Notes: a model not told the origin generated them from the letters alone. Shown: positions 1 through 14,229, counted from the first letter of the stretch. The stretch is 64,000 bases of DNA from Eledone cirrhosa (GCA_964016885.1 OZ024741.1:274412001-274476000); one strand, 5' to 3'. Numbers and translations: made by a program.

Positions 1-1220
1 CCACGCACACGTACCCACACACCCTCGTACACCACCAACTCTACACACCCTACCACCACTAACCCCCACTCACACCTGCATTCAACCCCTCCCCACCTCC
101 CGTATACTAACACCTACTAACACCTCTTCATCAAACTACACACACACCAGTACACCACACTCCCTCCATAGAACCACACACACCCTTCTCTCCCCGCTCC
201 ACCCACACCCTCGCTCCACACTCACTCATCCCACTAACACCCCTACTAATACACACACACACACACCCTCCTCACTCCAACTTTCACACCTACCCATCCT
301 AGCCCCCTTATCATTCCACCGACTGCTGCTATGCCTTCTGACCACCTCCCAGCACTAACAGACCACAGCACTCCCACTGCTGACCACTTCCTGTTGCGCG
401 CGCACCCCACATCTCTCCTCTTCCGACCACCGCTTCATGGATTACCCACACGCAGAAATTGACTTACAACCAATCCACTAAACATCCTTGGAACTTACCA
501 ACTTTTCAACCATCCTCTTACGTAATCACCTATATAACTCACCCACACACACACCCCAAAAAAAAATTTTTATCCACACGGCACCCACACCCACAACACG
601 CTTAAACCCCACACACACGTGCTTCCCACCACATATTTACACCCTCAGACTCCTGATTCCTCTCCCCCCACCCCCTATCCACACACGCACAGACACTCCG
701 ACCCACAAAAACACCCCCACACACACCTCTTCCTGAACATGTAACCCCGTTCTTCCCCCAACCCTTACTTTCACATACACACACACACACACACACACCT
801 ACACACACACACCACCTTCAGCCCTCCCCGCTCGGACACCCCGTCTCCCTCTCCCCACTCCACCCGCCACCACCCCTACTCACCCCACACCCTTCCACCA
901 CCTGTTTACCCCCTTTTAATTTCAGTTTATTTTGATCATGCCTTTATTTTTAAATTTTCTCATTCCTTGTATTTTGATCATGCTTTATTTTTATTTTTTA
1001 TCTTTATTTGTTATTTTTTCATTCGCACCGTTTCCTTTCGCTATATGTCTCTCCACCACTCCCCTACACACCTTTTGAACTCTGTTCCCACACACTTCTC
1101 ACCTGAGGAAGGACTTATGCCCGAAACGTCGTCCCCCACCTACCCCCCACTCTCCTGAGCGTGAAATTAATAAACATTTATTGTACTGCCTCTCTGTTTT
1201 GTCCCTGTTCAAATTTTTCC

Positions 1221-1221
<1 letters not shown>
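1..1221 (+). mobile_element. Probable 3' region/pseudo-LTR of a Penelope-like element
   Basis: C/A-rich low-complexity region ending in a minimal HHR motif, AATAAA at about 1169, then (TA)n; same layout as the other PLE ends here. Confidence 0.45.
1101..1133 (+). ncRNA. Minimal type I hammerhead ribozyme (PLE type)
   Basis: CTGAGGA-AGGACTTATGCCC-GAAACGTC; palindromic ACGT stem III; stem I only AC/GT. Confidence 0.55.
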
Positions 1222-1259
<38 letters not shown>

Positions 1260-1266
<7 letters not shown>

Positions 1267-1556
1267 TAAAAGGAATTCCAACTTTGTCTGATTTACTCGT
1301 TTTATTTACAATCCTTTAAAATTTATAATGGTATTAGAATGAAATAGTATGGTAGAATATTAAATGTTAAGTGTTGATTGAACAAGTACTTTCATGTTAT
1401 CACAATCTTCAGGTTCATATTTTGTGTGGTGACAGTCAAGTACTTGTTCAATTAACACTTAACTATACTATTTCATTCTAATACCATTATAAATTTTAAA
1501 GGATGGTAAATTAAACGAGTAAATCAGACAATGTTGGAATTCCTTTTATTAATATA
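1260..1556. repeat. Fold-back inverted repeat (PLE terminus)
   Basis: About 1260-1391 is the reverse complement of about 1437-1556 (ATTAATAAAAGGAATTCCAAC... / ...GTTGGAATTCCTTTTATTAAT); abuts (TA)n. Confidence 0.85.
1379..1417 (-). ncRNA. Minimal type I hammerhead ribozyme
   Basis: Minus strand TGAAC-CTGAAGA-TTGTGATAACAT-GAAAGTACTT-GTTCA; stem I TGAAC/GTTCA; palindromic AAGTACTT stem III. Confidence 0.75.
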
Positions 1557-1625
1557 ATCTTCTATACACAATCATACACACCCGTGTATATTTATCTATA
1601 TATGTGTGTGTGTGCGTGTGTGTTC

Positions 1626-1657
<32 letters not shown>

Positions 1658-2144
1658 TTATTTATATATGTGTGTGGTGTGTGTGTTTGTGTGTGTACAA
1701 AAGGCAAACAGAAACAACGACAGAGTACAACGAAGAAATATATTAGTTTTGCGCTTGATATAATGGGAAAAGCATTAAAACGTTTCTGGTATTAGTCTGT
1801 CATCAGAAAATAGGAGAAATTAAAGATTTGAGAGAGTGGGCAGTGGCAGAAACGGAAAAGATTCCTTTGAGAAAAATAACAGGTCTATTTAAGTGGCATA
1901 AGATGGGGGCGGAAACTAGAGGGGTTACCAGATGAGAGAAAAATAGAATGGTGAGAAGGGAATAATGAGAAGAGAATAGTGGTGGAGAAGTGGTTGGGGG
2001 TTGGGCTATATTGGTATAAAGCAAATTGCAATGAGAAAATCCATTGATCTGAAAAAATATCTAAGTGGAAGTTCAGGGGTGGGAATTCAGGTGAAATAAC
2101 AGGTCCAGGGTGAAAATCCTATGTAGAAATCGACGAATTTGAGG

Positions 2145-2197
<53 letters not shown>

Positions 2198-2511
2198 TAC
2201 ACACACGCACACGCACACACATATATATGTGTGTATATGATGATAATAATAATAATAATGCTTTCTTTATTAACCACAAGGGTTTACACAAAGTAGACAT
2301 TAAGGACAGTACAGGACAATACAGGACGGTACAAAAGGGCATTTCTGCGAGTAAAAAAACCCAAAACAGAGGATGTAATAATAGAACAATGAAAAAAATT
2401 CCCCAGTGGGGGGGAGACTTCCGAGAGAAATTCGTGGAGAAAGTCCATTAAAAAGCCACAGTGACCCTGACCACCAGGGCAAGTGCCCTCTCCCAGTTTT
2501 CCACCTTTAAT

Positions 2512-5500
2512 TTACAGACACATACTCAGAGTAGGCCCATTCACTCGGGCCATTCTTGCCTCTCTCACCCATCTTTCAACAAAATGCTAGGAAGAGAGCA
2601 CTTCCCTCTCTACCCTGATTTTCCTTTTCAAATGAAATTTGAAAAAGTTAATCAGGGCATCACCGAAGAGGTAAGTGCACGTCTTCAGCCCTTTCAAACG
2701 TGTCCACCATACTATCTCTTTCGCCATGGCCACCAGACAGATAAAAATTGCCTGCCCTTCCCGGCTAAAGGCAGGCGGCGGGGCAATCCTCACGATGGAC
2801 TCAGCTGATAGCTGGATCCGTCCTACACGCGACAGCAGTTGTTCGACATAAACCCACAAGTCAGCAATGTTCGGACACTGGACGAGTGCGTGCAGGAAGG
2901 TTTCGTCGCCCTGCGCGCATCTCGAACATGCCCGGCTGACGGCACCTCCATGCCCGTAGAGTTTATCCCGAACTGGCAAAGCTCCTCGGTAGCACTGCCA
3001 GGCCAGGGATTTCTGGAAGTTGTCCATAGGCCTCGGCCCGAAAGTTCTTCCGAAGAGATTGGCTAGTTGATTTTTGTCGACGCCTAGAGTTTCCCCAAGT
3101 ACGTCGTCGCTCTTCCCCTCCACTAATCCTCTATAGAACACCAAGGTGGAGTTTCCACCGATCACATTGCCCGATTGGTCGAGGGCTGTGAGCGCCTGAA
3201 GACATTCCAGTCTCCAAGCGCTCCCTCTCGGTCTTCGCTTGACCCAGGACTGCAGCTCCGTCAAGGAGATGAGCTGGGGAAAGACGCGTCTAGCAAACGG
3301 AGACCACACCTGATCACCGTCGAAGAAGAGGTGATGTCGTAGCCTGAGCGCGTGCCTGCGCATCATCAGCCACGGCATACCCAGCCCTCCACGTAGCGAG
3401 TGTTGACAGCAGATGGACCGCCTGACCATCGAAGCGCGTCCCTTCCACAAAAAGCGAAAGAGCAAACGCTCCAGCGCAGTCAGGCGGGGCTTAGAACAAG
3501 GTACGACGGTCAGGCGGTAGTAGATGACGGACGCGATGTACGCGTTAGCCACCTCCGCCTTTCAGGGATAGCTTCCTCTCCTCCCATTTCTGGGTGAGAG
3601 AAGCCAACCTGCTCGACACCTCGTCCCAGTTTTTGTCCGTCTGGAGGTCCGGACCGAATCAGACCCCTAGCAATTTAACCAGTCCGTCCGTCCAGCGCCC
3701 AACGACGCTGTTGACGGCATGGACCTGCCTCTCCAGGTGCCGAGCTGCAGGCCCACTGACTTTTCCTGGTTGATCATTGCTCCTGTCACCGCTTCGTATT
3801 CTCTTAGTGTAGTGTCGATCGCCTCGATGTGTTTGGCGTTCGACACCACTACGGTGACATCGTCCGCATATGCTAACACGGATCTTCCGCATCCTAGTTC
3901 GCGCGGGACCCCCCTCAACGTCTCCAGTTTGTGCAGTAATGGCTCGAGAGTCAATACGTACAAGACGGACGAGAGGGGACATCCTTGGCGGACCGAGCGC
4001 ATGATGTTGAACGGTTCCGAAAGGTGACCGTTCACTCTAACCACAGAGCAGATGTCAATGTGCATGGCAGTGATCCAGCCTCTGAAGACGGGCCCAAAGC
4101 CAGCCGCCCTCAGGACTGCCGCTAGGTAACGATGGTCGACCCTATCGAAAGCTTTCGACTGATCTAAATTGATCAAGGACCCACCCGAGCCAGGTTCCCT
4201 AGCTACCCTCTCTACGATGTATCGCATGAGGTGGAGGTTGTCGTGGATGGAGCTGTCGGGAATGGCGCATGTCTGCGCCTCTCCCACCAGACCACCAACC
4301 ACAAGCGCCAACCTCTTTGCTAGCACCTTGGCCAAAATCTTGAACACTGTGTTTAGCAGAGTTATGGGCCTAAAATTATCAATGTTATCCCCCTTGTTCG
4401 TATCCTTTCTCAGCAGCGCCACAGATCCTCGGCTCACAGAGCTGGGAGTTCTCCCGTCCGCCAAGAGGCCTCCGAACAAGTCTGGCATCTGAACGTAAAG
4501 TTCATAGGGCAGACCATCCAAACCAGGCGATTTACCCCTTGTGCAGCCAGTCATTGCCTCCCGTACTTCAGCGGCTGTTATCGGCTTTTCGCAACACTCC
4601 GCCTCAGTGGCCGAGAGCTGCGGCAGTCCGTCGAGGTAGACACTAAAGTCCATCCCTCGATCCGGTCCGCCGCTGCCCCCGAACAGCTGTGCGAAGTGTC
4701 GCTGAAAAGCTTCACACTTTGCCCGGGATCGAGTAGCATGCGCCCGTCGTGATCCACCAAAGACCGGATCGTGGCTTTGTTGCCACAACGCGCCTCCGCC
4801 ACTCGGGCCCATTGAACGGCTTTTGTCCCCTCGTGTATGAGAGCACGCACCCTAGCTCTGACAACGCAGCCTTCCTCCTTTGCATTGAAGAATTGGTCAA
4901 GGGCCAATTTCGCCGCAAGTACTTTTGCTAAGCGCCTCGTCTAATTTTCTAACTAGTTCTCCCTCTGCTCTATTTTTCTCTATTGCTAAAGCCTTACTAA
5001 ACCTAATGGACTCTATTCTAATCGCTCTTTTCAGAGCAAACCACCACTTGTTGTTGACGATGGCCCCCGTCAACGCCTTCTTAACTAGTTCGCTAATCCG
5101 GTCTCTGTAGGCCTTGCGCGCTGGTAGGGACGCGTTTAGCTTCCAGTAGCCGGGTCCTCGTCTATGAAGCCTATCTAAGTCAAGGACACAGATCACGGAT
5201 TGTGGTCCGTGTAGCTGACTATCTTGAATTGTGGACAGCCTATGCTAGACCTATCTATTTCCCTACAAAATACTCTATCTAGATACGATCTGGATGACCC
5301 TATGCGATTTGTCCAAGTCCACATTGGCACATTCGGGAAATCCAATCGGTACCTGTCAGACAGTTCAAAACGCCTGAGCAGGTTGGTGAGGCTCTTGCAC
5401 CCTCCTCCTCTATCCGCTAATCCCACACAGTCCCAGCATGCATCTAAGATCCTGTTCAAGTCGCCCACTAAAGAGTGTGACGTTCCAAGAAAGGTCTCCA

Positions 5501-5875
5501 GACGCCGGAACAAATCAGACCACCCTGCCCCTGTCGGAGCATAGACGGCCACTAGCCTGAAAGCTTTCCCGTCTCCGCTGGTCATGTCCAGCACCACCAA
5601 CTTACCCTCTGGGTCCAGGAAGATGGCCCGTATGGCGAGATCCAAACCTCTCCGAAAAAGCACAGCAACTCCTCCCCCGACCCAGGACGGCTGGGAGATG
5701 CGTACACACCGTAGCCGGCGAAGATCGGTGCGAAGGCCCGTGCTTCGGAGATTCTGGTCTCGCTGATGGCCACTACATCTATGTTTAGTGACCTAAGGTC
5801 GTTGAGCAGGTGGCCCTGATTCCATGTCGACCCCAAGCCACGCGCATTTATGCTGCCTATTCTGAGTGAGGTCAT
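2512..5875 (-). pseudogene. Tx1-A ORF2 (APE endonuclease, reverse transcriptase, CCHC), several frameshifts
   Basis: SINARGL, ISET, GDLN, SYLDR, YTDH, GYWKLN, KSPGLDG, FRPITLLN, DQSKAFDRV, QGCPLS, YADD, CSRC..ETFLHALVQC across successive ORFs. Confidence 0.93.
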
Positions 5876-5899
5876 GTTGAAATGGAGTGGAAAAGATGG

Positions 5900-7564
5900 G
5901 AAAGACCACTTACCTTACTTCTCGTAGAGGAAGGATGGTTTGTCCATCCTTTTCACTGCTTGTGGCCTCCTCCGGAAGGATGTCCTTATAAATCCTCCTG
6001 GAGAGTGCTTGTCGGAAGTCTCCGATGTCTTTGGGGAATTTTTGTTTTAGTGTCTTGTACGTTTTCTGTGTAATGCGAGTGATTTGTATGTGTGGAGGTG
6101 GTGTGAACTTTTGGGTTGTTGTGTAGTCTTTTTCTGTGATGCTGGTGCTGTGTTGGATGTAGTGTAATCATTGGTTGTTGTTCAAATTTATTGCTGTGTA
6201 TTGTGTATCGTTTTGGTTGTTTTGTTTTGTTTGCGTTTGTTGTGGATTTGTTTCTGTTTCGCTTTTTGGTGACTTTTGTGGTGTTGGTGATGGAGGTGTT
6301 GGGGTTAATGATGGTGATGGTGTTGGTGTTTGTGGTGATGGGGTTGGTGAATCTGGTGTGGATGGTGGCATAGCTGTCCTAACATTTTTGTTTGATAGTT
6401 TATTTGTTTCCCTCTGTATTTTGTTTTTTTTGGGGGGGAAGGAAGGGGATTTTTTCTTTTTTGGTTTCTTTTTATTTTTTTATTTTTTTTCTGATACCGT
6501 TTCCCACTCCTCGTCGTCACAATCTGTCTCCAGTTGCGATAGGTCGGGGAGTGGAAAATCCTTCACAGGCGTTGGTTTTGGTTGTCGCGTGGTGGATGGT
6601 GTAGGCGCTGGAGCTAGTTCTGGCGCGTTGAGTGGTGGTGGTGTTGGTTTTGCTACTGTTGCTGGGGTTGTTGCTGTTACAGTTGCTTCTGTTGTTGCTG
6701 CTACAGTTGTTGCTGCCATTTCTGCTGCTGGTGGTGTTGATGGTTGAGTCACTGGGGTGGGTAAGAGAGGTGGCCTCAACCTTTTAGCCTGAGGGCAGAA
6801 AGCCCTTAGGTGGGTTCCTTCACCACAAACGACACACCTAGGCCTTCTGCCCTCGACGATTACGGTGAGGTGGCTGCCGTCAGTGAGGTCTATTACCTCT
6901 GGAATCTCCTCAATACTTTTATGGTCCGCTTGGATCAGGAGCTCCATCCCAGATCCGGACCAGTTCTCCTGCTTTTCTTTCGCTATTTCGATTATCTTGG
7001 TGTTGGCCTCGATGGCCGGTGGAACGTGGGTCACCCTGATCTTCACAAGTTTCTGGCCACAATAGCTTGGGACGAGTGTGAAGTCGTCACTTCTTAATGG
7101 GGCCATGGAGTGTTCTCTGGCCTCCTGTGGTGTTTCAAAGAACACGTCCACGGTTCCATATTTCTGCCCACGTCTGATGTGTGTTTTATTTTTGCCCACA
7201 CATGTCCCAAAGCTTTTTGGATTTGGGACTCGGATGCCCGTTCCACTCGGCGCGATTTTATGTTAATCGTCCGATAAGATACGGTGCATAGGCGACGATG
7301 GTCCATTTTATTAGGGGGGGGGATGAGGCTGACCCTATACCCATCTTTCTTTACCATTCTTTTGGCTTCTTTTAATTCCTCCTGAGTTACCTGGATCGCT
7401 TCGCACGTTTTTGCTACTCTGGCAAAACTCAGGGCAGCTTTCTTAATTTCATTGTTGGTGTTGTTGTTATCGTTATTTTTGTTATTGTTAATTTTAGTTT
7501 CAGTTGTGGTGGTGGTGGCGTCAGTGGTGTTCGGTGTGGAAGAGTTCATTTTGGTTGAATTCAT
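5900..7564 (-). pseudogene. Tx1-A ORF1 (gag-like zinc-knuckle protein), frameshifted
   Basis: Pieces 7564-7094, 7199-6480 and downstream; VIVEGRRPRCVVCGEGTHLRAFC (CX2CX4HX4C) and a Pro/Thr-rich tail. Confidence 0.85.
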
Positions 7565-8025
7565 TTCGATATCACGAGTTAATTTATTTTTTCTTTTGTT
7601 TCTTTTGTCGCTGTGGTGGTGGTGGTGGAGGTGGCGGCTTTAACACCTGCAGTCATTGGTAATGGCGGGAAATGAATGTCTGGCTGAGACAAATTTAAAA
7701 TATTAATACTGCTTATATTTTTAGTGTTGGCAAACGTAGTAATATTTACAATGGTGGTGTCGGTGTGAGGTGTTAGTGTGTGAGGAAAAAGTGACTCTGA
7801 GTCGTCCATGATTTTTCAAAGAAGCTTGTTTTGTTTGATAATTATAAAAAGTTTAAATTTTGGGCTCAAGGCCCCAATATTTTTGAGTGTCCTTTTCAGA
7901 AATCAATGTATGTGCACTTATATACAGTTAACAATAAACATTTTCCATAAATGGCAATTTTAAACAACTGAAAATAACAAACCTTTGCGGAGCTCACGAT
8001 GATACGATTTACTACGTAGGTCGCC

Positions 8026-8066
<41 letters not shown>
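8026..8066. repeat. (AAT)n microsatellite between Tx1-A and Tx1-B
   Basis: Pure AAT run. Confidence 0.97.
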
Positions 8067-8067
<1 letters not shown>

Positions 8068-10912
8068 GATTTCATTTATTAGCCACAAGGGCCGACATGT
8101 AGGGGACAATACAAAAACAGGGACAGTGGGGTTTACAATAAGGTCGAGTAAAAGTGGACAATGGCAAGACTAATTTAACAATGAAGATATAAAATATATA
8201 AAATTAAGTATGCATAAATATAACAAAATAAATTCTCCTATAGGGGGTGGACGACCCAGGGATGACTCAGGTACCCCACCAATCCTGGGTACCCCTCTCC
8301 TCAAGTTAGTTAGCCTATAGACGCATGGTCAGAGAAAGCCCATTCACACGGGCCATTCTTGCCATATTCATCCACCTTTTAGCAAATGTACTGGGGGGCA
8401 GCACTTTCTCTCCACCCTCACATTCCTTTCCAGGTGAAACTTGAAGAAGTTGATGAGGGATTGGCCGAAGAGAAAAGTGTCTGTCTTCAGTCCTTTTAAT
8501 CTGGTCCACCATACAACCTCTTTCGCAACAGCCACCGGACGTAGGAAAATTGCCTGCTCTTCCTGACATAAGGAAGGCGGCGGGTCGATCTTCATTATGG
8601 ACTCGGCCGATAACCGGATCCGTTCCACACGCGACAGTAGCTGTTCGACATAACTCCACAAGTCAGTAATGCACGGACATTGGACAACTGCGTGCAGAAC
8701 GGTTTCGTTGCTCTGTGCGCATCTTGGGCAGATCCGTCTGTCAGCACTTCCGTGCCTGTAGAGTTTATCCCGAACCGGCAGTGGCCCCCGGTAGCACTGC
8801 CAAGCGAGGGATTTCTGGAAATTGTCCATCGTCCCCGGCACGAAAGTCCTCCGGTACAGACTGGTCAGTTCGACTTCGTCGAGGCCCAAAGCTTCTCCGA
8901 GTGCGTCATCGCACTTACCCACCACTAATCCTCTCCAGAACTCGAGAGTGAAAGTTCCACTAATCGCATTGCCCGCTTGGTAGAGGGCAGTGAATGCCTG
9001 GCAATATTCCAGGTGCGAATCACCCAGTACGGGTCTCTTCTTGACCCAGGACTGCAGCTCAGTCAAAGAAATGAGCTGCGGAAAGGCCCGTCTGATAAAC
9101 GGCGACCACACCAGTTCACCGTTGAGGCAGAATATCTGGAGATGTCGTAGCCTCAACGCATGTCTGCGCATCTTTAGCCACGGCATGCCCAGCCCTCCGC
9201 GTAGAGGGTGCTGGCAGCAGATGGACCGCCTCACCAACGGAACTTGTCCCCTCCACAAGATTTTGAAGAGGAACCGTTCCAACTTGATGAGGCGCGGACG
9301 TGGGCAAGGCATGACGGTCAGGCGGTAGTAGATGACGGACGCGATGTACGCATTCACCACCTCCGCGTGACCTTTCAGTGATAGCTTCCTCCCAGCCCAT
9401 TTTTGGGTGAGACTGGCTACTCTGCTCGTTACCTCGTCCCAATTCTTTTCCACCTGGAGGTCTGGTCCAAACCAAACCCCGAGCAACTTTACCGGTCCGT
9501 CCGTCCATCGCCCAACGATGCTGTTGGACGGCATAGGCTTGCCTCTCCAGGTTCCGAGCTGCAAGCCCACAGACTTTTCCGGGTTAAGTTTGGCTCCTGT
9601 CAACCTTTCATACTCCTTCAATAAGGTGCCGACCACCTAGATTTCTGAGGTGTCCGACACCATCACAGTGATGTCGTCCGCATAAGCCGACACCGCCTTT
9701 CCACGTCCCGTTTGAGCAGGATGCCCTGCAACATCTCCAGCTTCCGCAGTAAAACTCGAGAATCAATACGTACAGCAGGGAAGAGAGAGGGCACTCTTGA
9801 GGGACCGATCGGGAGAGCCGAAATGGTTCCGAGAGGTGGCCATTAACCTTGACCACCGAGCGTGTTCCGCTGTGCATTGCAGCAATCGAGCTTCTGAAGA
9901 CAGGGCCGAAGCCAGCTGCTTTGAGGACAAACTCCAGATACCGATGGTCGACACTATCGAATGCTTTCGATTGATCTAAATTGATCAGTGCCCCACCGAA
10001 GCCAGGTTTACCCCCTACCCTGTCTATGATGTATCGCATGAGGTGGAGAATGTCGTGTATGGACCTGGCTGGGATTGCACAAGTTTGCGTCTCCCTAACC
10101 AGATCCTCGACGACAAGCGCCAATCTCTTTGCTAACACCTTGGCGAAAATCTTAAACTCTGTGTTGAGCAGAATTATGGGCCTGAAGTTGTCTAATGTAT
10201 CCCTCTTGTTCTCGTCTTTCCTTATCAGCGTCACCACTCCCCTGCTCACAGAACTGGGAATACTTCCATTCTGCTGCCAGTTGCAGTAGAGTGCTTCGAG
10301 GAGATCGGAATCGGAGAACAAGTCTGGCATATTTACGTAAAGCTCGTAGGACAGGCCATCCAAACCGGGTGACTTGCGCCTCATGCAGCCGACATGGCCG
10401 TCCTGAATTTCGGCTGAAGTATCGGCCTTTCGCAGCGCTCAGCGTCTTCGCAGCTTTCAGCGTCGACCGTCGAGATGCGCGGCAAGCCGTCAAGGTGGGG
10501 ACTGAAATTCGCTACTCTCTCTGACTCGCCACTTCCCCCGAACAACCGAGCAAAGTGCTGGCGAAAGGCCTCACACATCCGCTTGGAATCGCTTATCTCG
10601 TGTCCGTCTCGGTCCGCCAAACACCGAATTGTGGTTTTATTACCACGCTGCGCCTCCGCCACGTGGGCCCATCGAACAGCTTTGGTTCCCTCGTTTCTCA
10701 GCGCATGCGCCTTAGCTCTGACAATGCAACCTTCGTGTTTCGCATTGAAGAAATGGTCTAATGCCATTCTCGCCGCTAGCACGTCAGTTGCAATGACACT
10801 ACAAATAGCCTCGTCTAACTTATGTACCAGCCCCCCCCCCCCCCCCTCCTTTCTATTTTTCTCTAACGCTAGTTCTTTGCTGAATTCTATCGAAGTTACT
10901 CTAACCTCTCTT
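8067..10912 (-). mobile_element. 5'-truncated Tx1-clade retrotransposon (copy B), RT and C-terminal part of ORF2, frameshifted
   Basis: KSPGLDG, FRPIILLN, DQSKAFD, CPRCAQSNETVLHAVVQC; AATAAA near the 3' end; 5' junction followed by TAATAATATTAATAAT. Confidence 0.92.
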
Positions 10913-11435
10913 TAATAATATTAATAATACAACGACGAGTGGTTACTCCTTCATTACGTTTAATGGTTGGTGACGCGCGTTTCGCTACTGATCGGCTCAA
11001 GTTTCGATTTGTATCGATACTGACGAGTGCTCACATGGGTGAACCTACAGTAACTTGGCGCTGCACGCCCTGGTATAAATATATATATATGTAAAAAGTA
11101 AACAGAAATAACAACACAATCGGTACAGTATACAGAAGGGATATATTATGTTGCTTGATATAGCAGGAAGAGGGTCTATATATATATGTATATATATGTG
11201 TATATACATATGTATATAATATATAGGTCCGAATTTTCAAAGTGTTGAGGGATTACGAAGTTTATAGAAAATGAAAGAAACACAGACACAGAAAATAACT
11301 CTAAACACAGAGTGTGTGTTTACACTGATTTACGAGATGTTTTGTAAAACAGCTATTGTCATCTGTAGATCATCTTCTATATCACCTTTTTGAGATTGGA
11401 ATATGTGCTTAGGTTCTCTCTCTCTCTCCCTCTCT

Positions 11436-11554
<119 letters not shown>

Positions 11555-11645
11555 GCCAATCATTGTAAGTTTGAATCTAAATGACATGCAAAAACATATA
11601 TATAGGAATAAGGTAAGCCCAAATCATAGTAGATTAAAATATCAC

Positions 11646-11703
<58 letters not shown>

Positions 11704-11792
11704 GGAAGAAATGAGGTGGAACAGAAATGTATATATATATGTTTATATATATATATATATATATATATACATTTATATATATATATATATAT

Positions 11793-12012
11793 AACGAAGG
11801 AAATGTGGTAAGGAACCAGGTGGACCATAACGCACCAAAGTACTCAATACTTAGGGTAGTAGAGTGGTTAATAGGAACCAGTAAGACCCCGACGGCTGAG
11901 CTCAAGCCGTTTCGACGGCTAATTCTGGACTGAATTAGCCGTCCAGAATATGTCCAGAATCAGCCGTTGAAAAGGCTTGAGCTCAGCCGTTGGGGTCTTA
12001 CTGGTTCCTATT
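11793..12012. mobile_element. Fold-back PLE-like terminus, family X copy 1
   Basis: Shared start AACGAAGGAA-TGTGGTAAGGAACCAG next to (TA)n; inverted arms of about 60 bp containing the HHR 3' half GAAACGGCTTGAGCTCAGCCGTC. Confidence 0.75.
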
Positions 12013-12019
12013 ATATATA

Positions 12020-12093
12020 CGGGGTCGATAAAATAAAGTACCAGTAATGCACTGGGTAATTGCTGGCCTTGTGCCTAAAGTAGAAACAATTAT
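12020..12093 (+). mobile_element. 3' fragment of tRNA-derived SINE
   Basis: GGGGTCGATAAAATAAAGTACCAGTAATGCACTGG...GGCCTTGTGCCTAAAGTAGAAAC matches the SINE at 28558-28748. Confidence 0.8.
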
Positions 12094-12123
12094 TTATATA
12101 TATATATATACACACACTCACAC

Positions 12124-12245
<122 letters not shown>

Positions 12246-12253
12246 GCACATAT

Positions 12254-12290
<37 letters not shown>

Positions 12291-12548
12291 CATACAGTGG
12301 CGAACTAGGTCTAAAAATATTGGTTGCCAGACGAAGGGGCCCACCTACATACAGAATGCTATAATTTCATTTTTATAATGAATAAATAACATTTTCGAAA
12401 AATACATAACTGGAAACAAAACAGTGCAATCAAATTTTTGCGGAAAAAAAATATAAAATAAAAAATATGTATTTTGGGAAATCCAGAAACTTTCAATAAT
12501 GACCTTTGGTATTTCACACTTACTCAATATATATATATATATATATAT

Positions 12549-12612
<64 letters not shown>

Positions 12613-12732
12613 GTGTGTGCGTGTGTGCGTGCGTGTGTGTGTGTGTGCGCGTGTGCGTGTGTGTGTGTGTGCGCGTGTGCGTGTGTGTGTGTGTGTGTGT
12701 TTCTATATATACAGGTCTTTCACTTTTCTCAT

Positions 12733-12770
12733 GACAGGCTGAAGAACCCAACGAAACTTGAGTACCTGTC
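12733..12770 (+). ncRNA. Minimal type I hammerhead ribozyme
   Basis: GACAGG-CTGAAGA-ACCCAAC-GAAAC-TTGA-GTA-CCTGTC; perfect 6-bp stem I, GUA site, essentially no stem II. Confidence 0.72.
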
Positions 12771-12797
12771 TATGTCCCTGTTGTAATTATCTATCCA

Positions 12798-12873
<76 letters not shown>

Positions 12874-13348
12874 TACACCATCTTCACCAATAATTGATTT
12901 GACAGAGGAGATACCAAATATTATTTGGTCAGTAGTTCGTGTGTAAATATATATATATATATATGCTTATGTGTCTGTGTCTATGTATGTATGTTTGCAT
13001 GCATGAATGAATACACTAACCTTTATATTTAGTACAATGGACTGATTCCAGCTATCTGCACTATCGAATATTTTGGTTTCTAGTAATTCCCTGAGGAATT
13101 GGTTACCAAATGCTTTGCATAATTGTATTATTTACTTATTTTATTTATATTATTCTTTCTCTTAGATTTCAGGTATTTAAAGCAAAGCATTGGCCCCTAA
13201 AATACTACAGTGGGCCCTGCAATGCTACTGTGGCTTTTGCAATGCTATCGTGGCTTTTGCAATGCTATCGTGGGCCACCTTGCCACAGGCAACCTGGCCA
13301 GTCACCTGCTGTATATTCATATATATGTATATATATATATAGAGAGAG

Positions 13349-13552
13349 AACGAAGGAATTGTGGTAAAGAACCAGATGGACCATAACGCACCAGAGTACT
13401 CAATACTTAGGGTAGTAGAGTGGGAATAGGAAAAATTATATAAAGTATGACCCCGATGGCAGAGCTCAAGCCGTTTCGACGGCTATTTCTGGCCCGAGTC
13501 CAGAAATAACCGTCGAAACGGTTTGAGCTCTGCCGTCGGGGTCATACTTTTT

Positions 13553-13556
<4 letters not shown>
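13349..13556. mobile_element. Fold-back PLE-like terminus, family X copy 2
   Basis: Homologous to 11793-12012; palindrome centre about 13496. Confidence 0.75.
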
Positions 13557-13601
<45 letters not shown>

Positions 13602-13620
13602 ACAAACCAAATAACTTATT

Positions 13621-13655
<35 letters not shown>

Positions 13656-13978
13656 AAGATCGGAATTAAAGTATTCCGCAGTTCACAGTAATAATAATAT
13701 TAGCTTGAAGAAGAACAGAGAATTTATATCTGAGCTCAAATATAAATATATTACACAGAGGGAAGTGTGTTACACAGTGAGATGTGTGTAAACAATTATA
13801 ACATGAGATTTTAACCGTTACTGTATGGAGAACAAAACCTCTCCATACAGTAACGGTAAAACTCACATGTAATAATGTTTTACACACATCTCACTGTTTA
13901 ACACACTACTCTCTGTGTAATATATGTGTATATATATATATATATGTGTGTGTATATACATATATGTATATATACATA

Positions 13979-14029
<51 letters not shown>

Positions 14030-14229
14030 GTATATATATATATATGTATATATATATATGTATATATATGTATATATATATATGTGTGTGTGTGTGTACA
14101 TATGTATCTCCCACTGTATTTATGCGTGTGTATGCAATTATTCATGAATTAATTCATGCATATAGATATATGTGCATATTTATCTTTCTCTCACGCACAC
14201 ACACACGACACACTTTGTTGTTGTATATG

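Larger units (their letters stand above)
2260..8025 (-). mobile_element. Full-length, decayed Tx1-clade non-LTR retrotransposon (copy A) inserted in (AAT)n
   Basis: ORF1 with CCHC knuckle, ORF2 with APE-RT-CCHC, AATAAA at the 3' end, (AAT)n at 2243-2259 and 8026-8066. Confidence 0.92.

Noticed and set aside
1800-2140. APE endonuclease-like remnant (AVAET, GGWAILV)
   Set aside because: Many stops and only weak motif similarity; cannot be supported without a search
10960-11045. Hammerhead pieces (GAAACGCGCGTC on minus, CTGACGAG on plus)
   Set aside because: Halves lie on opposite strands and no stem I links them
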